Source: Rhizophagus irregularis
Lineage: Eukaryota
NCBI RefSeq assembly: GCF_026210795.1
Contig: NC_089431.1
Location: forward strand, 4,278,001-4,342,000
Direction: 5' to 3'
DNA: 64,000 nucleotides
Shown: one piece after another, positions 26,796 through 40,307 of the stretch
Position numbering within the stretch: the stretch's first letter is position 1
How the letters are laid out: every line of letters starts with the position of its first letter
Notes under the pieces: generated by a model
Told to the model about the DNA's origin: nothing
Database searches by the model: none
The model's input: the letters and a program-made list of their open reading frames with translations, nothing else
Position numbers and translations under genes: made by a program

Positions 26796-28238
26796 ATGGA
26801 TGACAAAAACTTTTACCAAAATTATCTCAAAATTTACTTGAAATTTTAAATGATGAAGAATATTATGCGATATTACTATTGAAGTTGGTAATGACCTTTA
26901 CGTAAAAGTCTTCCGTGCTCACATGGTTATTTTATATTATCGTTCCCTTTACTTGCGAAGAATTCTATCAACGAATAAAAAGAAAGTGATGGAACTTTGT
27001 CTCGTATTAAATTACCAAATATTTTTACCAGAAATTTTTAAATAATTTTAAGGTATTATAATTTTTTTAAAGACGGTTAAATAAATTTTATTTTAATAAC
27101 ATTTAATTTAAGAAGATTTCTTTAGTATTTACAGGTATATATACGGTGGAAAACTTTCTTTCCTAATTAAAGTTTTAGTTGCTGCTAGCGTACTTAATCT
27201 TCAAGAATTAATCATATATCTACAATTCTATTTGATCGAAAGTAAAACAAATTGGATGGACAAAATTTTAATTTGATATATCAAACAATCTTTGAGAATG
27301 ATTCCTTCTTGGAACTTCAAAATTATTGTACCGATTTAATTTCTAAAGGAGTCAGATAAGATATTTAATTCTATAAATTTTCTTCAATCCCAGAAAAACT
27401 TTTAGTTACAAACTTACAATTATTCAAAGTGATAATCGTCAAATGAGTGAAATTCAAATTTGGGAATATGTTCTTAAATGGGGTCTTGCTCAAAATTCCG
27501 ACCTTCCCTCTGACCCTATAAACTTTCAAAAGATGATTTCAAAAGTTTAAAGAATACCTTACAAGGATGTATTCCATTTATTAATTTTACAATTTAACTT
27601 CTAAAGAATTTTAGAAAATGTATTATTAACTTATGAAAAATATTTCCCAAAGATTTATATAAAGATTTATTAAGAGCTTTTTTAAGTCTTTCAGATCCTA
27701 ATAGCAAATCAGTTGATAAATCGGAATATGGTATAATTAAAGAAAATACGAGAACTATTGATTCAAAAATTATAACTTATCAACATATTGAATTAATCTT
27801 AAAATGGATCGATAGATTAGAAATCACGGATAAGTTGGCTTCTTCGTATGAATTTAAATTATTCTTTCGCGCATCTCGTGACGGACATTCACAAGATAAA
27901 TTTCATCAAATTTGCAATAATAAACCTTGCACAGTAAAATGTGTTAGAGTGAAAGACAGTGACGAAATTCTTGGAGTAATGTATGGAAATCAGATGGTTG
28001 TTTAGGCACTAATGAAGATAATTTTATTATATTTTAAGTCGTGTAACGAATGGGAATTACGCCATAATAAATAATTCTTATTTCGGTGGTGGTGGTGATC
28101 TTACTTTATGGGTTACAATAGTAATTGGAAAAAGTTAACATTTGTGGTAGTAAAAAAAAAAAGTATTATGAAAAACCGATTAGAATTACTGAAGGCTTCT
28201 TTGATATAGAAGAAAGTGAAGTGTTTTAAATTGTGTAG
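26796..28238 (+). pseudogene. BTB-BACK-TLDc pseudogene
   Basis: LPKLSQNLLEILNDEEYY, VFRAHMVILYYRS, IWEYVLKWGLAQN, YEFKLFFRASRDG..KFHQICNNK, ending EVF*IV*. Many frameshifts. Confidence 0.87.
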
Positions 28239-29318
28239 GGAAAATTAATAGCGATGAGTTTTAATAAAGCTTATAAAACTATGTTCTATTAGATATATTT
28301 GTTATATTCTAATTATTCTAATCAATTGATTACATGTATATTTCAATTATTTATTTATTAGAATAATCTTATTAAATTAAAAAAGAATAACAGAAACAAT
28401 AACTTACTTTTTCCTATTTACCAAAAAATCGTACTATTTAGAATTTAAATAAAGCTGAAAAAGAAAAAAAATAAATAAAATATATTCACACCATAAACAC
28501 CATAATATAAATTCTCGTGATTGAATATTTTCGAAAATTATTTAATATGTTTAAATATAATCTCATTAATCTCATTCCAATTTTTTGAATACTGAACAAA
28601 CTAATGAATATCATTTAACGTAAAGGATAATCTTGAAATTTTTTTGTATGTTATTCTTTTCAATTTTAATTACAGTAATATGAATCGGTCATGAAAGATT
28701 AAATGAGTTTCAATTTCAATGAATAAAATCTGGAGGTCCAAAACATTTTAAACATTTTTTTTCCATAACAGATAAGGTTACGCTGATTAACTAAAATTTA
28801 TCAATTATCATTGATGGAGTATTAGAAGAGATTGTTCAAGCACACTAGCAGCACTAATGGCTCATACTCTTTGTTCTAAAAATTATCAATAAAAATTATT
28901 GTAAAACTAAAACAGGAATGACCGAAACTTGTCATCTTCTGCTTATATGACAAATACGACAATTTTGCTGCCCTTGATTTTCTCTCAGAGATTTCAAAAA
29001 TCTCATATCTAATATTAAGTTCAAGTACATCTTCGTGAGTATAGACTTCCACATCCAAATGTTCAAGTAAGTCCATATGGATTGTAAGATTGTCATATAA
29101 AAATCACACAATATGAAGCTCTTATTGACCAAAAAGAAAAAAATTTATTGTTGGGTCAGAGAAATTAAAGATAATCATCTTTTTCATATTCATACAATAA
29201 ATGATGTTCCAAAAAAAAAACAAATACATTTTATGGTGCAGTCTGAAGTATTATATTTTTATTAAATTGATGGTAAAAATAATATCATAATTTACACATA
29301 AAAATCTTTAGTAAAATG

Positions 29319-32300
29319 CTAAACATTTGACCTAATTGATCTTATAGAACCGGCTGATAAATGTCTATTTCTATTAAAATCTATAATTTCATCATGCCGA
29401 TGACACCATCTTATTAACATATGAAATGATCTTAAAATTAGTTTATTCATTATAACTAATCCACCAGATATAAGTACAAGTGATGGAATAAGATCATACG
29501 TCACAACACTATTAAAGTATAATATCTGTATAATCAATTGTGGTATATCTTCAGCAAAAATATTTATGAAACTACCCCAAAGTATAATATTTCTTGATCT
29601 TTGTGACAATGGGGCTGAAAATACTTTGAGACCAAATAAATTTGATGTCAAAGTATTTATTGCTAGTACATCAATGGCTGAAAATATTGTACAAATTGAC
29701 AATAGTGTTGGAAGCTCTGAAAACCAAGTATAGAACATTGGATTTGTGGCTACTTCAGACAAAAAAATATTTATAGCCAATAAGAAATTGACTACATGTG
29801 GTACAATGAGGAACACCATACTAAATAATAATAAATAAGAAAATTATTAATTAATTAAATTAATTTTTAAAATAATAAAATTAACATAACATTAAACAAA
29901 ATTTCTTACTTTGGAATCACTAAATGTGGAGTATTATTAACCCTTAATAATGTGAATGTTAAATCCACAGCAAAATCCTGCACTATTAATGCAATCTCAA
30001 ATATGGCCATGTTCCTTCCTTCAGGGTTCTTCCGACGTGCCAAAAAATATAATATTATTAATATTATTATACTTATTAAATATATTATAATCAGTGGCAA
30101 AAATTTTCCAAAATAACCTGTAAAATAATAGAATTAAAAATTTAATGAAATATTAATTATTTACAAATATCAAATATATTTAATGAACAACACTTACTGG
30201 TCATTGTAAAGGATGCACTTTCATCAATTAATGAAGTATATTCATTATTAGAAAGTGCAGTAAATCCTTTTCTTTTAATCAAAGTGCCCAAATTATCAAA
30301 GATTGTTTTGGAACTTGGTTCCATGGCACTTTTAGCTTCATTTATAGTAAATGATAACAACACTTGTTTGGGGAAAGTGGAGTCATTTTGCCATTTACCA
30401 TTTGTTGTTATCCTTTGTTCATCTACTGGGATTATTTTGGAAAATGCTTGAATGATATTATTGAAAAACTCCGACTGATTTGTTTGAAGAAATTTTGAAC
30501 TCCCTTCTTCATTCAATCGAAGTAACCCTGTAATTGACTCTGAATGTTTTCCTGTCTTAAATGGTTCTAAATATAATAAAAAAATATAAATATTTCTATT
30601 TGACCAGTAAGAAATTAAAAAATTAAAAATTAAAAAAATATGTATATTACTTGTTGAAAACATCCAAACTTTCTCATTAGTTCCTATTAAAGGTTCATTT
30701 CTTTCTTGAGAAATGACAAAATTATTATCAATCACCACATGATAAGAAGAATTTTGCTGATTAAAAGTACTACTAAAAATTGGAATGTGTACAGTGTGGT
30801 TATCACTTCCAACAGTACATAGTTTGGAATCTCCTGAGATTGTTTGTCGCAATAGATTTGGTTCGTATAGGTCACCATTTAGTTGAAATATCGAAATATT
30901 TGCAGTTGACAATCTCACTGGAATGCTATATTTAATTGTAATTTCATTGATTGAAGAATCAATGAATTCATGGATAGCTGGTTTTGTTGACTCAATTGCA
31001 GGATTATCATATTCAGCTCCTATAAATTAAAAAATTTTTTTATTAAAAAAAAAAATAAAAATAAAAAGTAAAAAATAAATTAAAAACTTACCATAATTAT
31101 TTAATCTTAGTAAAGGTTTCAATAAAATTTCTAATTTATTACCAGTTTGTTCCTTTATTCCTAATAAAGTACCATTTCTTGTGAACATATTATAATGAAC
31201 AAACTCTGGGCCAAAAGATCCCCCTGATTTATAATTTCCATTATTATCTAAAATATAAAAGTTCTTTGCAGTTGTATTTGTATAATATTTTTCCACAAGA
31301 AATCCTCCATAAATTAAACTTATCAAATCAAAATCGTCTGCATTACTTATTACTTTAGGGACTGCACCAAATTGTACAAAGGATCCAGTTGTTAAAAATT
31401 CTAACTGATAATAATTCACTTCAGTCCTTGATTGATCCTTATTTGTAATTGTATTATTTAATGATACAATACATATATATCCTCCATCATTGTTGTAAAA
31501 ACATGATTTAAATGCTATACTATTTAATTTTGTAGTAGTTTGATAGACAAGAGAAGGTGTTGTAGGTGAATATGTTCCCTCTCTTAAAAATGAAATATAA
31601 ATTTTCCAGTATTGAATATTTGGATCATTTGATATCGATGATCCCATTTCATTATATTTTAGAATATATGCATATCCAAACCCTCCATCAATTAATTTAA
31701 AATTAAAACTATTTACAAAAGTATATGATAATAGGTTTGGTACACTAAACTCGCCACTTCCAAGTTCCACCACTTTTCCTGTTGTAATATCTCTAAAGTA
31801 AAGATGAAAAAGTTAATCAAATGAACAATGAAATATTTAAAAAGTATTTACTTGTAAAAATACTTACGGGGCACTAAGCCAATGCCATGCTGCTATTCCT
31901 CTTTTACCATGATCTTCAATACGAATAAAACCTTTTTCTGATATTACACTACTTATAATATGATCATTAACACTTCCCAAATAGATTTCACTAAAAAAAT
32001 AAAAAAATTATTATTGACCTTTATAAATGAGAATATTCCAACATCTAAACTTACCTTTTAATCTCACTGTCATAATTAATTATCAAGCCATACTTTCCCT
32101 TAACACCATTGTTGGATCTAACATAAATTATCATTATATAATTATAACTTAAGGGCATAAAAATCATATTAACAGGGCAAACTGCTTCTGGAGGAAAAGT
32201 ATAATTAAGGTCTATATATGTTATTCGTCCTGTTCTTTCTATCACTCGTAAATGAAAATAAGGTAACATGCATGATGGATCTTCTTTAACTTCAAAGGCC

Positions 32301-32548
32301 ATCCAAATCATCAAAATACCTTCTGAAAGTGCATGAGTACTATATCGTTTTAGACCTTCTATAGGTTCTTCATAAGTGTACCATATATCTTGTGGTGATG
32401 TATTTTGGGGTGGTGTATTTAGAGATGATATATTTTGAGATAAAATACCTCGAGATAATACATTTTGAGATGAAACATAAAAGCAACAGATGGAGGTTAA
32501 ATATATAAAGATGATCAACATCTTTGCTAAATTGAACATTTTTAACAT
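29319..32548 (-). CDS. Multi-exon membrane protein: signal peptide, large extracellular region, C-terminal TM bundle with EDIPQ motif
   Basis: Hydrophobic N-terminus (MLIIFIYLTSICCFYVSS). Consecutive minus-strand ORFs are joined by short GT-AG introns. TM helices end with NIFAEDIPQLIIQILY. The start could be 32548, 32539 or 32521. Confidence 0.8.
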
Positions 32549-32549
32549 T

Positions 32550-32668
32550 TTTATTAGAGACTTGGTGGGAAAATGTGTATGAAAATGTGGAAATAAATTA
32601 AGAGATTTGATTATTAGAGACTTGTGGGAAAATGTGTATGAAAAATATGGAAATAAATTTAGAGACTT
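32550..32668. repeat. Tandem duplication (~59 bp x2) directly upstream of the start codon
   Basis: ttattagagacttg(g)tgggaaaatgtgtatgaaaa...ggaaataaatt.agaga occurs twice. Confidence 0.75.
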
Positions 32669-34211
32669 GAAAAATTTTAAATTTTTACTCAGAGGGATTA
32701 CAGAACATTTATATATGTTATTTGTCATTGTAATCTTGATTTATTATCAACTACTATTAATAACTTTTCTTTTAATCAAATGTTTAAAATGTGCTTCAAA
32801 AAAATATATATTAATTATACTACCAAATTTGTATTTCAAAAACGATCTGCATTGTTTTATACATGTGTAAAAAAATGTGCAACAAATATGCCGAAAAATT
32901 TCTGACACTAAAAATATTGTCCAACAAAAACAAGTGTTTGAAAGGAGTTACTAGTGAAACATCCATTACATGCCTAATTTATGATGAACATAATTGTATG
33001 AAAATGATAATGATCATTCATCAAAATTTAAATTTAAGATTATATAAAAAAAATGTGTAACATTAGCTTGGATCATACAATTAGATACATAATTAATTTT
33101 TATTTTACATACTAGCAATAGCCCATTTGCTTCACACTGAGATCAATGAACTTGAAACATATAGTAAATTATGCACACGAATAATATTCTGGAGACAAGC
33201 TATATAATGAACAAAATATTAAATTTATTAAATTTATCATAGTTTTAAGTGATAAAATTATGATATCACTACTGGCAGAAAAGCCGACAATTTTTGACAT
33301 GTATTATTACTCCTTTTCTATCACTCTGCTATGTTTTATCTTTCTATGATTACTGGATACAAATTGGCGCAATAAATAAATGAATTATTCCTTTTATGTC
33401 TTAATATAGCGTAAAACAATGATAGAGAAGCGGTAACACAGCATAAAAAATGTATTGTTAAGAGCATCATTATATTAAATTTTAACATGAGACATTCCTA
33501 TTGTTTAATTTTCATGATCAACATGATCAACATTCATTAATGGTTAAACCCAATCTATTTTAAGAATAACAATCTGTAATAAATTACGGAGGCATGCTAC
33601 ACGTTACAGTAATACAACTTAAAATTAACTTATTACAGGGTAATCTAAATATATAATAATTTACTAGAGACAATTTATTACCCCTATAAAAATTTATTCC
33701 GTGTTTTTTATTCCATGTTATTTCCGTAAATGTATCATATTCACGAAATTTATAGTCTCAAACATCGAAAATAATCCAAGTTCCCGTAAATGTATCATAT
33801 TCACGGAGTTTTCCAGAAATTACGTTTTACATAATCAATGTACTTATGAATAATAGTTCATCGATTTTAATTATTAATACTATAAATATTTTATAAATTT
33901 TTTTATACTACTAGTACTATTAAATTCTTTTTAGACAGTAATAATAAAGTAATAGAAGTAATAGGAATAAAATAATATAATTACTTTAATTTTTAATAAT
34001 TTTTTTTTTTTTTTTTTTTTTTTAAAATAGTAACGCGTTTTATTAATTATTTAGAATTGCGAACAATTACATAATTAAATATAAAAACACTTAGAGCAGT
34101 ACAATAAAAATAAATTGTAAAACCCTATAACTAAGTGATTTTCGAACATAAGATTATTTAAAATTCTATCCGTACTAAGTTACTAATAATATTATGTAAA
34201 TATTTGCTAAA

Positions 34212-37200
34212 CTAATAAAAAGGTAATTTCGTAGTCGTGTCCCATGATCTGTTTATATCTAACCCGTCTGTAATTTTTCCTATCATTTTGCCTAACGTTA
34301 CTATTCCAATTCTATTTTTTAATATATTTTTTTCTTTTTTATCTGTTTTATCTTTTGTTTTTTCGTTTTTAATATTTTCTATATCTATATTTCTTTCTAT
34401 ACTACTACTATCTGACGCTGGTTTATTTAATCTCAATTCCCATTTTCTTATACCATCTTTTTCTTCTAATCTTTTGACTTCTTCGCATCGTAGTATCCAT
34501 AATCTGTTTTTTATTTCATCGTATATAAAATTCCACAAGTCTTTTATTACTCTTTGTTCTTCCTTAATTTTTGACAAATAGTTGAAATTATTGTTGAAAA
34601 TTCCTCTCAATAATTCCCATTTTCTGCTTTTACCTATAAGTATCAATGAAGGACTTTCGATTAAAGTTAGAAAATTACATAAGTGATTCCTAAGTATCTT
34701 TATATCATCATATTTATTGTTAGCTTCTAGAAGAACTTCGTATTTATATGGTGATTCTTGAATTATTTCGTCGATTGAGTAATCATTGCTTTCACAGATC
34801 CAAACATGTTCCCAATCTTCTTCATATTTCTTGCATCTAATACATCTCGATGATTCTATTTTGTTAGTATTTCTATTAAAGAGTGTCTTATATGATGGCA
34901 ATTCTTTCAAGATATTTTTAATTCTATATGACCGTTCATTCGTGTCTTTATCACCACATTGCCTGTTTGAAAAATTGGTCCTATTACTTATAAATTCCAA
35001 AGTCGTGACCCAATCAAATTCTTTTTTTGTAATTATAAACAAATAAATCATCAAGTTTTTCGCTATTTAGTATCTCATTTTTCCAAATAGCATTTGTAAT
35101 TTTCTTTCTCCAAGCTCTATAACCTCCTGATATTATTCGATTATTCCATATCACGTTAAATTCATTTATTATTAACGCTTCGTCGATTAATTCAAAATCA
35201 TCAATTCTCGTGTCGTCAAAAATTTTAAAATCTAAAAATTCTCTCGATGTTTTGCGTATTTCTTTCAAGCAATTGGTTGTAACTTCGTTCGCGTCTAACA
35301 TATCGATTTCGTTGTTTTCTAAAAAATCTTCTATAAAAAGCAACTCTAAATAATATTCGCTATCGATTTTACGTCTATTACTACACTTGTTATTGAAGTC
35401 ATAAATTAAATTCTTGACTCTATCATTTATTTCGAGAATTAATTCGCTATTTTCTGCTATAATTAATAACCCTAGAATAATACTTCTTAAAATAATTTTG
35501 TATTCGTTGTCGTAAATACTTTCATGTTTTGCAATTATTTGTAGTTCGTTGTTATTATTGTTTACGTTTTCACTTCTTATTTTCCATATTATGTTATAAT
35601 AATATTTTCTTTTACCTTTATCGTCAATTTTTGTTTTGTTTTTTTTCACTTCTATTATTAAGAAAAATCTGTCTTTCCCAAAATCTGATTCTTTTCGTTC
35701 GAATATACTATTCTTGATTATATTAATAAACTCTTCACTCGCTTTTATCGTATTGTCAATCATTTCAATTCTTTTATTGTACAATGTATCTTTCTTTTCT
35801 TCGTTTATAGTATTTCTTAACCAAATATTCTTTGTTAAGATGTTATTTAGTGTTTCATATGGTCTTATAAAATCTTCTTCTTTTCTTTTTTCTATTTTTC
35901 TGCTAATCTCGTTTTCAATATATATTAAGCATTCCCCATTATCTTTTTTTTTACTTACGTTTCGATGACATCCTTCGCATCCTATCAAATTTGGCGAGTT
36001 ATTTAGATCATCTTTGTTTCCTATCGTTATTAAATGTCTTCCTAATCTTTTGTATTTTTTACTAAATGATTTTTTCTTGTCTTCTACAAATATAAGAGAT
36101 TCATCTGTCTCGCACCAAGTAATTATTTGATTTTTATTCGTCTTCTCATTTTCATCAAAATAATTGATGTTAATTTTTCTCTTTTGTGTGATACTTATAT
36201 ACTCATTTTTGATTTTCCTTGTTGTACCTTCTTTATCTTCTAATAATTTTGTTTCTATATTCTTGAACCATTGCGGTATTCTTCCTTGTGTGTTCAAATT
36301 TCTTTCTTTAATCAAATGTTTCCATTTTAGAAGTGTAATACCATCCGCTTCTAAAATATCTTCTATAAACATTACATCTTTTGTTTTTCTAGAAGACGCG
36401 CTTATATTTATATATTTTTCATCCAAAATATCTATTAAATCTATAGTTCCTCCTTTTATTCTGTGGTTTTCTTGATTTCTAATAATTTCGTGATTACAAA
36501 TTTTAATATTTTCGATGTTTAATATTTTTACTGCGTCTAATATCCAATTGTTTTTCCTATTACTTATGATTGATAATTCGCCTGGACATTTTGAAGTCCA
36601 AATTTTATTTTGTTCTTGAATAATTTTTATCTTGAATATTGATTTAAGCTTTTCGTTGCCGTTTGCTTGGTATAATAGATTTTTGCATAGCATTTCTATT
36701 TGAAGGTCATAAATATGTTTCAGACCTAATAATTCTTTATCGTATAATATAAAATTGCTTGTAGATTTCGCTAATCCAGCTCTTTTTTTGATGATCATAT
36801 TAATTCTTGTCATCAATTTGTTGCATTCGGCTTTTTTTAGGACTATAGCTGCCAGTTGATATTCGATCCTTGGCATAATCACAATATTCCATACAGCGAT
36901 TATCTGTTTTTCGTTTAATTTTTTCCAATTGAATATATTGCAAGCGCTATCTATAATCGAAATTATTTTCTTTTTATATATGTCTCTTTTATTATCATGT
37001 CGAAAGAAGATTCCTAAGTATCTATTTCCATCTACGTCATTTACTTTTTCGATTTTATTTCCTTCTATAGTTAAATCTTCGGTTTTGTTGTTTATTTTTA
37101 TAAGTTCATATTTCGATACATTAGCTTTGATATCGTTAATCTGAAAAAATTCATGACATATATTAATTAATCTTTCCAATTGACTTTTGTTACTGCTTAT

Positions 37201-40200
37201 TAACGTTGTATCATCCATAAATGCTGTCACGTTAATTGAAATATCTAATATTTCTTTTTCATCATTCTCTCTATTAATTATTCTTTCTTCATGAAAATTG
37301 TATCCCGTTTCATCTTTAATTTCATTTAATCTACTTAATAGAGTGTCGTAGAAGATTCTCCATAGGATCGGCGACCAGACCTCTCCCTGGTCTATTCCGT
37401 CCTCGACGTGGTAGCTATCTGTTAACTCATTATTAACAAGAATTTTGTTAGATCTATTTAATGAAATATCCATTACTAGATTAATAAAACTATTTGGCAA
37501 TTTGATTCTTTCTAAACTCTTTTTTAGCATTGTCGTGTTGACTGAATCATATGCCTTCGATATGTCCATTAATAATATCCAAGCTTCCTTATTGTAATTA
37601 TTAGCGTCCTCAATTATAGCTTGAATAATTTTTATCGGTTCTAACGTGCTTTCGTTCTTCAACGCCGCGAAGTTCGTATTCATCAATATTTGTTCTCTTG
37701 TTAAAATATCAGTTAATCTATTCACCAGAACTTTAAACCAAATTTTCCTAGCTGTTTCTAGTAATACTATTGGTCTAGTCAAACTCAGGTCTTGATTCCA
37801 GTCGGACCTTGTAGTTTTATTTATTGGGTAAATTATGCCTTTTTTCCAGTCATCTATCGCATTCTCTTCAAGCATGCTATCGTTGATTATTTCTAATAAG
37901 AGTTTTTCGTCAAAGTCTTACTTTTTTTCCAAAAATCGTAAGATATACCACTTTGTCCTGGCGCTTTGTTTGATTTCAGATTGTTTAAAACTGATTCTAG
38001 TTCTTCCATTCTTATAGGTATCATTAAATTTTCATATATATCTTCGTCCACGTCTTCTTTAGGGCTATATATATCTCTCCATTCATGGTTAAATTCTATT
38101 TCGTCTAAATCTATTTCTCTTTTCCTTGTCCATTCTTTATAATGATTTAGGACTCTTGTTTTTATTTCTTTTTGATCTTTTTCGATTGTAATTTTACCTT
38201 TTTCTCTTACTATTAAGCTTGACATATTAATTTTTCCTTTTTTCCTTTCTAGAATCTTATTTATCATTTTACCTATATCTTCTTCTAAGTATAACTCTCT
38301 TTTTCTTATGTTAACTTCTATTTTTTTTTCGGTTATTTGTCCATATAATTTGTCCATTATCTTCTTTCTGTTCTTTTCTCTATCTTTTAGTTCTTTTCTG
38401 AATTCGTGATTTCTTAGTTTGTCTATGTTTAAATTATAATCGTTTCTTTTCTCGAATCTATCATGAGTTTTTATTAATTTGGCTATTTTTATTGCAATAT
38501 AATTGCCTGTATCAGTTGTTCCCCAATTTTCAATCTCTAGATTTTCCTCAAATTCTTTAAAACTATATTTATATTGATCTGCACTTCTATCTCTCCATAA
38601 TTTTGTAACTACTTTATCTACTGCTTTTATTATACTATGTTCTATATTACTTATCTTTTCTAAATGTTCGTATTCGTCTATCCATTTTTCCAGTATTTCT
38701 TCGTTCGTTCTTTCTATGTCGCTAATTGATTCTTTCTCCTTTCTATCATTTCTTTCTCTTTTTATTTCTGTTATTCTTATCTTCTTTTCCTTATTAACTA
38801 TCTCCACTATTTTGTTCCACATTTGATCTCTATTTGAAATTTGTGTCGTATTTTGATCTAGGTCTTCTAATCGTTGTTCTACTTCCTCCGCTATAATGTT
38901 CCAATCTTTTTGATCTAGTTTTATATGTTTTATTTCTTTTCGTATGTTTCTAAGTTTTTTAATTTTGCTTTTCTCTAATTTTTCTTTGATCTTTATTTTG
39001 ATCGTTAGCGCTCTGTGGTCTGTTTTGAAATCTGCTATGTCTAATATTTCATGACTTATAATTTCTTCGAGAACGCCTTCGCTTAAGAAAATGAAATCTA
39101 TTCTGGACGAATATTCTCCACTCCTCCAGGTATCTAGCACATCTTTCTCTGTCGTCAGACATTCGTGAATATCTTGTAAGCCATGTTGTTTGATTGTTGT
39201 GGTAATTGGTTTTTCTCTTTTCTTTTTTCTGTCGTTAGCTGATTCATTGAAATCTCCTAGTATTATCATTTCGTAATCTAAATTCGTTGCCTCGTTCATC
39301 CATTTCGCTAGTTTTGTTTCAATTATTTTAGTTGCTGGTTTGTCATTGTTAGGGTTGTATATTCCTATTATTCTAATGTTCTTTTGGCTTCCTCTAAATA
39401 AAATGTCTACTTTTATCGCGTGTCCATTTATTTTTTCTATTGCGTATCTCCTGTCATTGATTTCTTTTTTTAACAATATTAAAATTCCGTTTTTTGTATT
39501 TTCATTGTTGTAGCTGCTATTGATACATTCGTATGCATTCCAGTCCATGTATATGTGTTTGCCTTTCGATTCTTTAAGCTTCGTTTCGCTGATTATCGCT
39601 ATATCCCATTGTTCTTTGCCCAAGAATTTTCTTATCTCACCCTGTTTAACGTTATCATTCATTCCTCTTACGTTTATACAACCTATTTTTAAATTGTTAT
39701 TTTTATCTTTTATATTTTCTTTTTGTTTTTGATTTTCGTTGATTTCTCTTTTTTTATTTTTTTTCTCTTTTAAAAATTTTATTTTTCTATTTGTGTTTGA
39801 AGCATCTGATCCGTCTCCTTCATCTCCTTTTTCTCCTGTCTCTTCTTCTATTAGTGTGTTTTGATGTGGTTGGCAATCAATAGCGTCTAGCCATTCGACG
39901 CCTATCATTGAATCTACTTCCTTCGTTCCAATCTCTGTCGTAGCTTCTGCTACTGTTGTTATTGTATCCAGTATGTTTTCCTGTATTACGTCCGTTGTTA
40001 TCATGGTCGTAATATTGTTGGTAATATTTTCCTTGTTGGTATCCTCTATATTCAAGTCTTTCAATTTTTCCAATATGATTATCATTGAATCGTCTTCTTG
40101 GGTTTGTGTTTCTTCCTCTATAGTTGGGGCCATTGTATCTGTTGTTATCGTTGTTGTCCTCGTATTGTGATTCGAAATTGAATTTTCCGTCGTTATTATA

Positions 40201-40307
40201 TCTGCCGCTTTCTTGTCTGAACGGTCTGTTTTGATTTTCATTTCTATGACTTCTGTGTTCGTTCGTGTTTTTATTGTTGTCATTATTGAAGTAGCATTTG
40301 TTTGCAT
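34212..40307 (-). CDS. LINE ORF2: AP endonuclease, reverse transcriptase, C-terminal CCHC; two homopolymer frameshifts
   Basis: EN motifs INVRG, SETK, GDFN, RIDFIF, TDHR. RT motifs RPIVLLE, DISKAYDSV, QGEVWSP, FMDD, RYLG. C-terminal CIRC...EDWEHVWIC. Frameshifts in T runs at 37903-07 and 35022-28. Confidence 0.92.

Noticed and set aside
28700..29132. Short overlapping minus-strand ORFs
   Set aside because: No recognisable motif or consistent splice structure.
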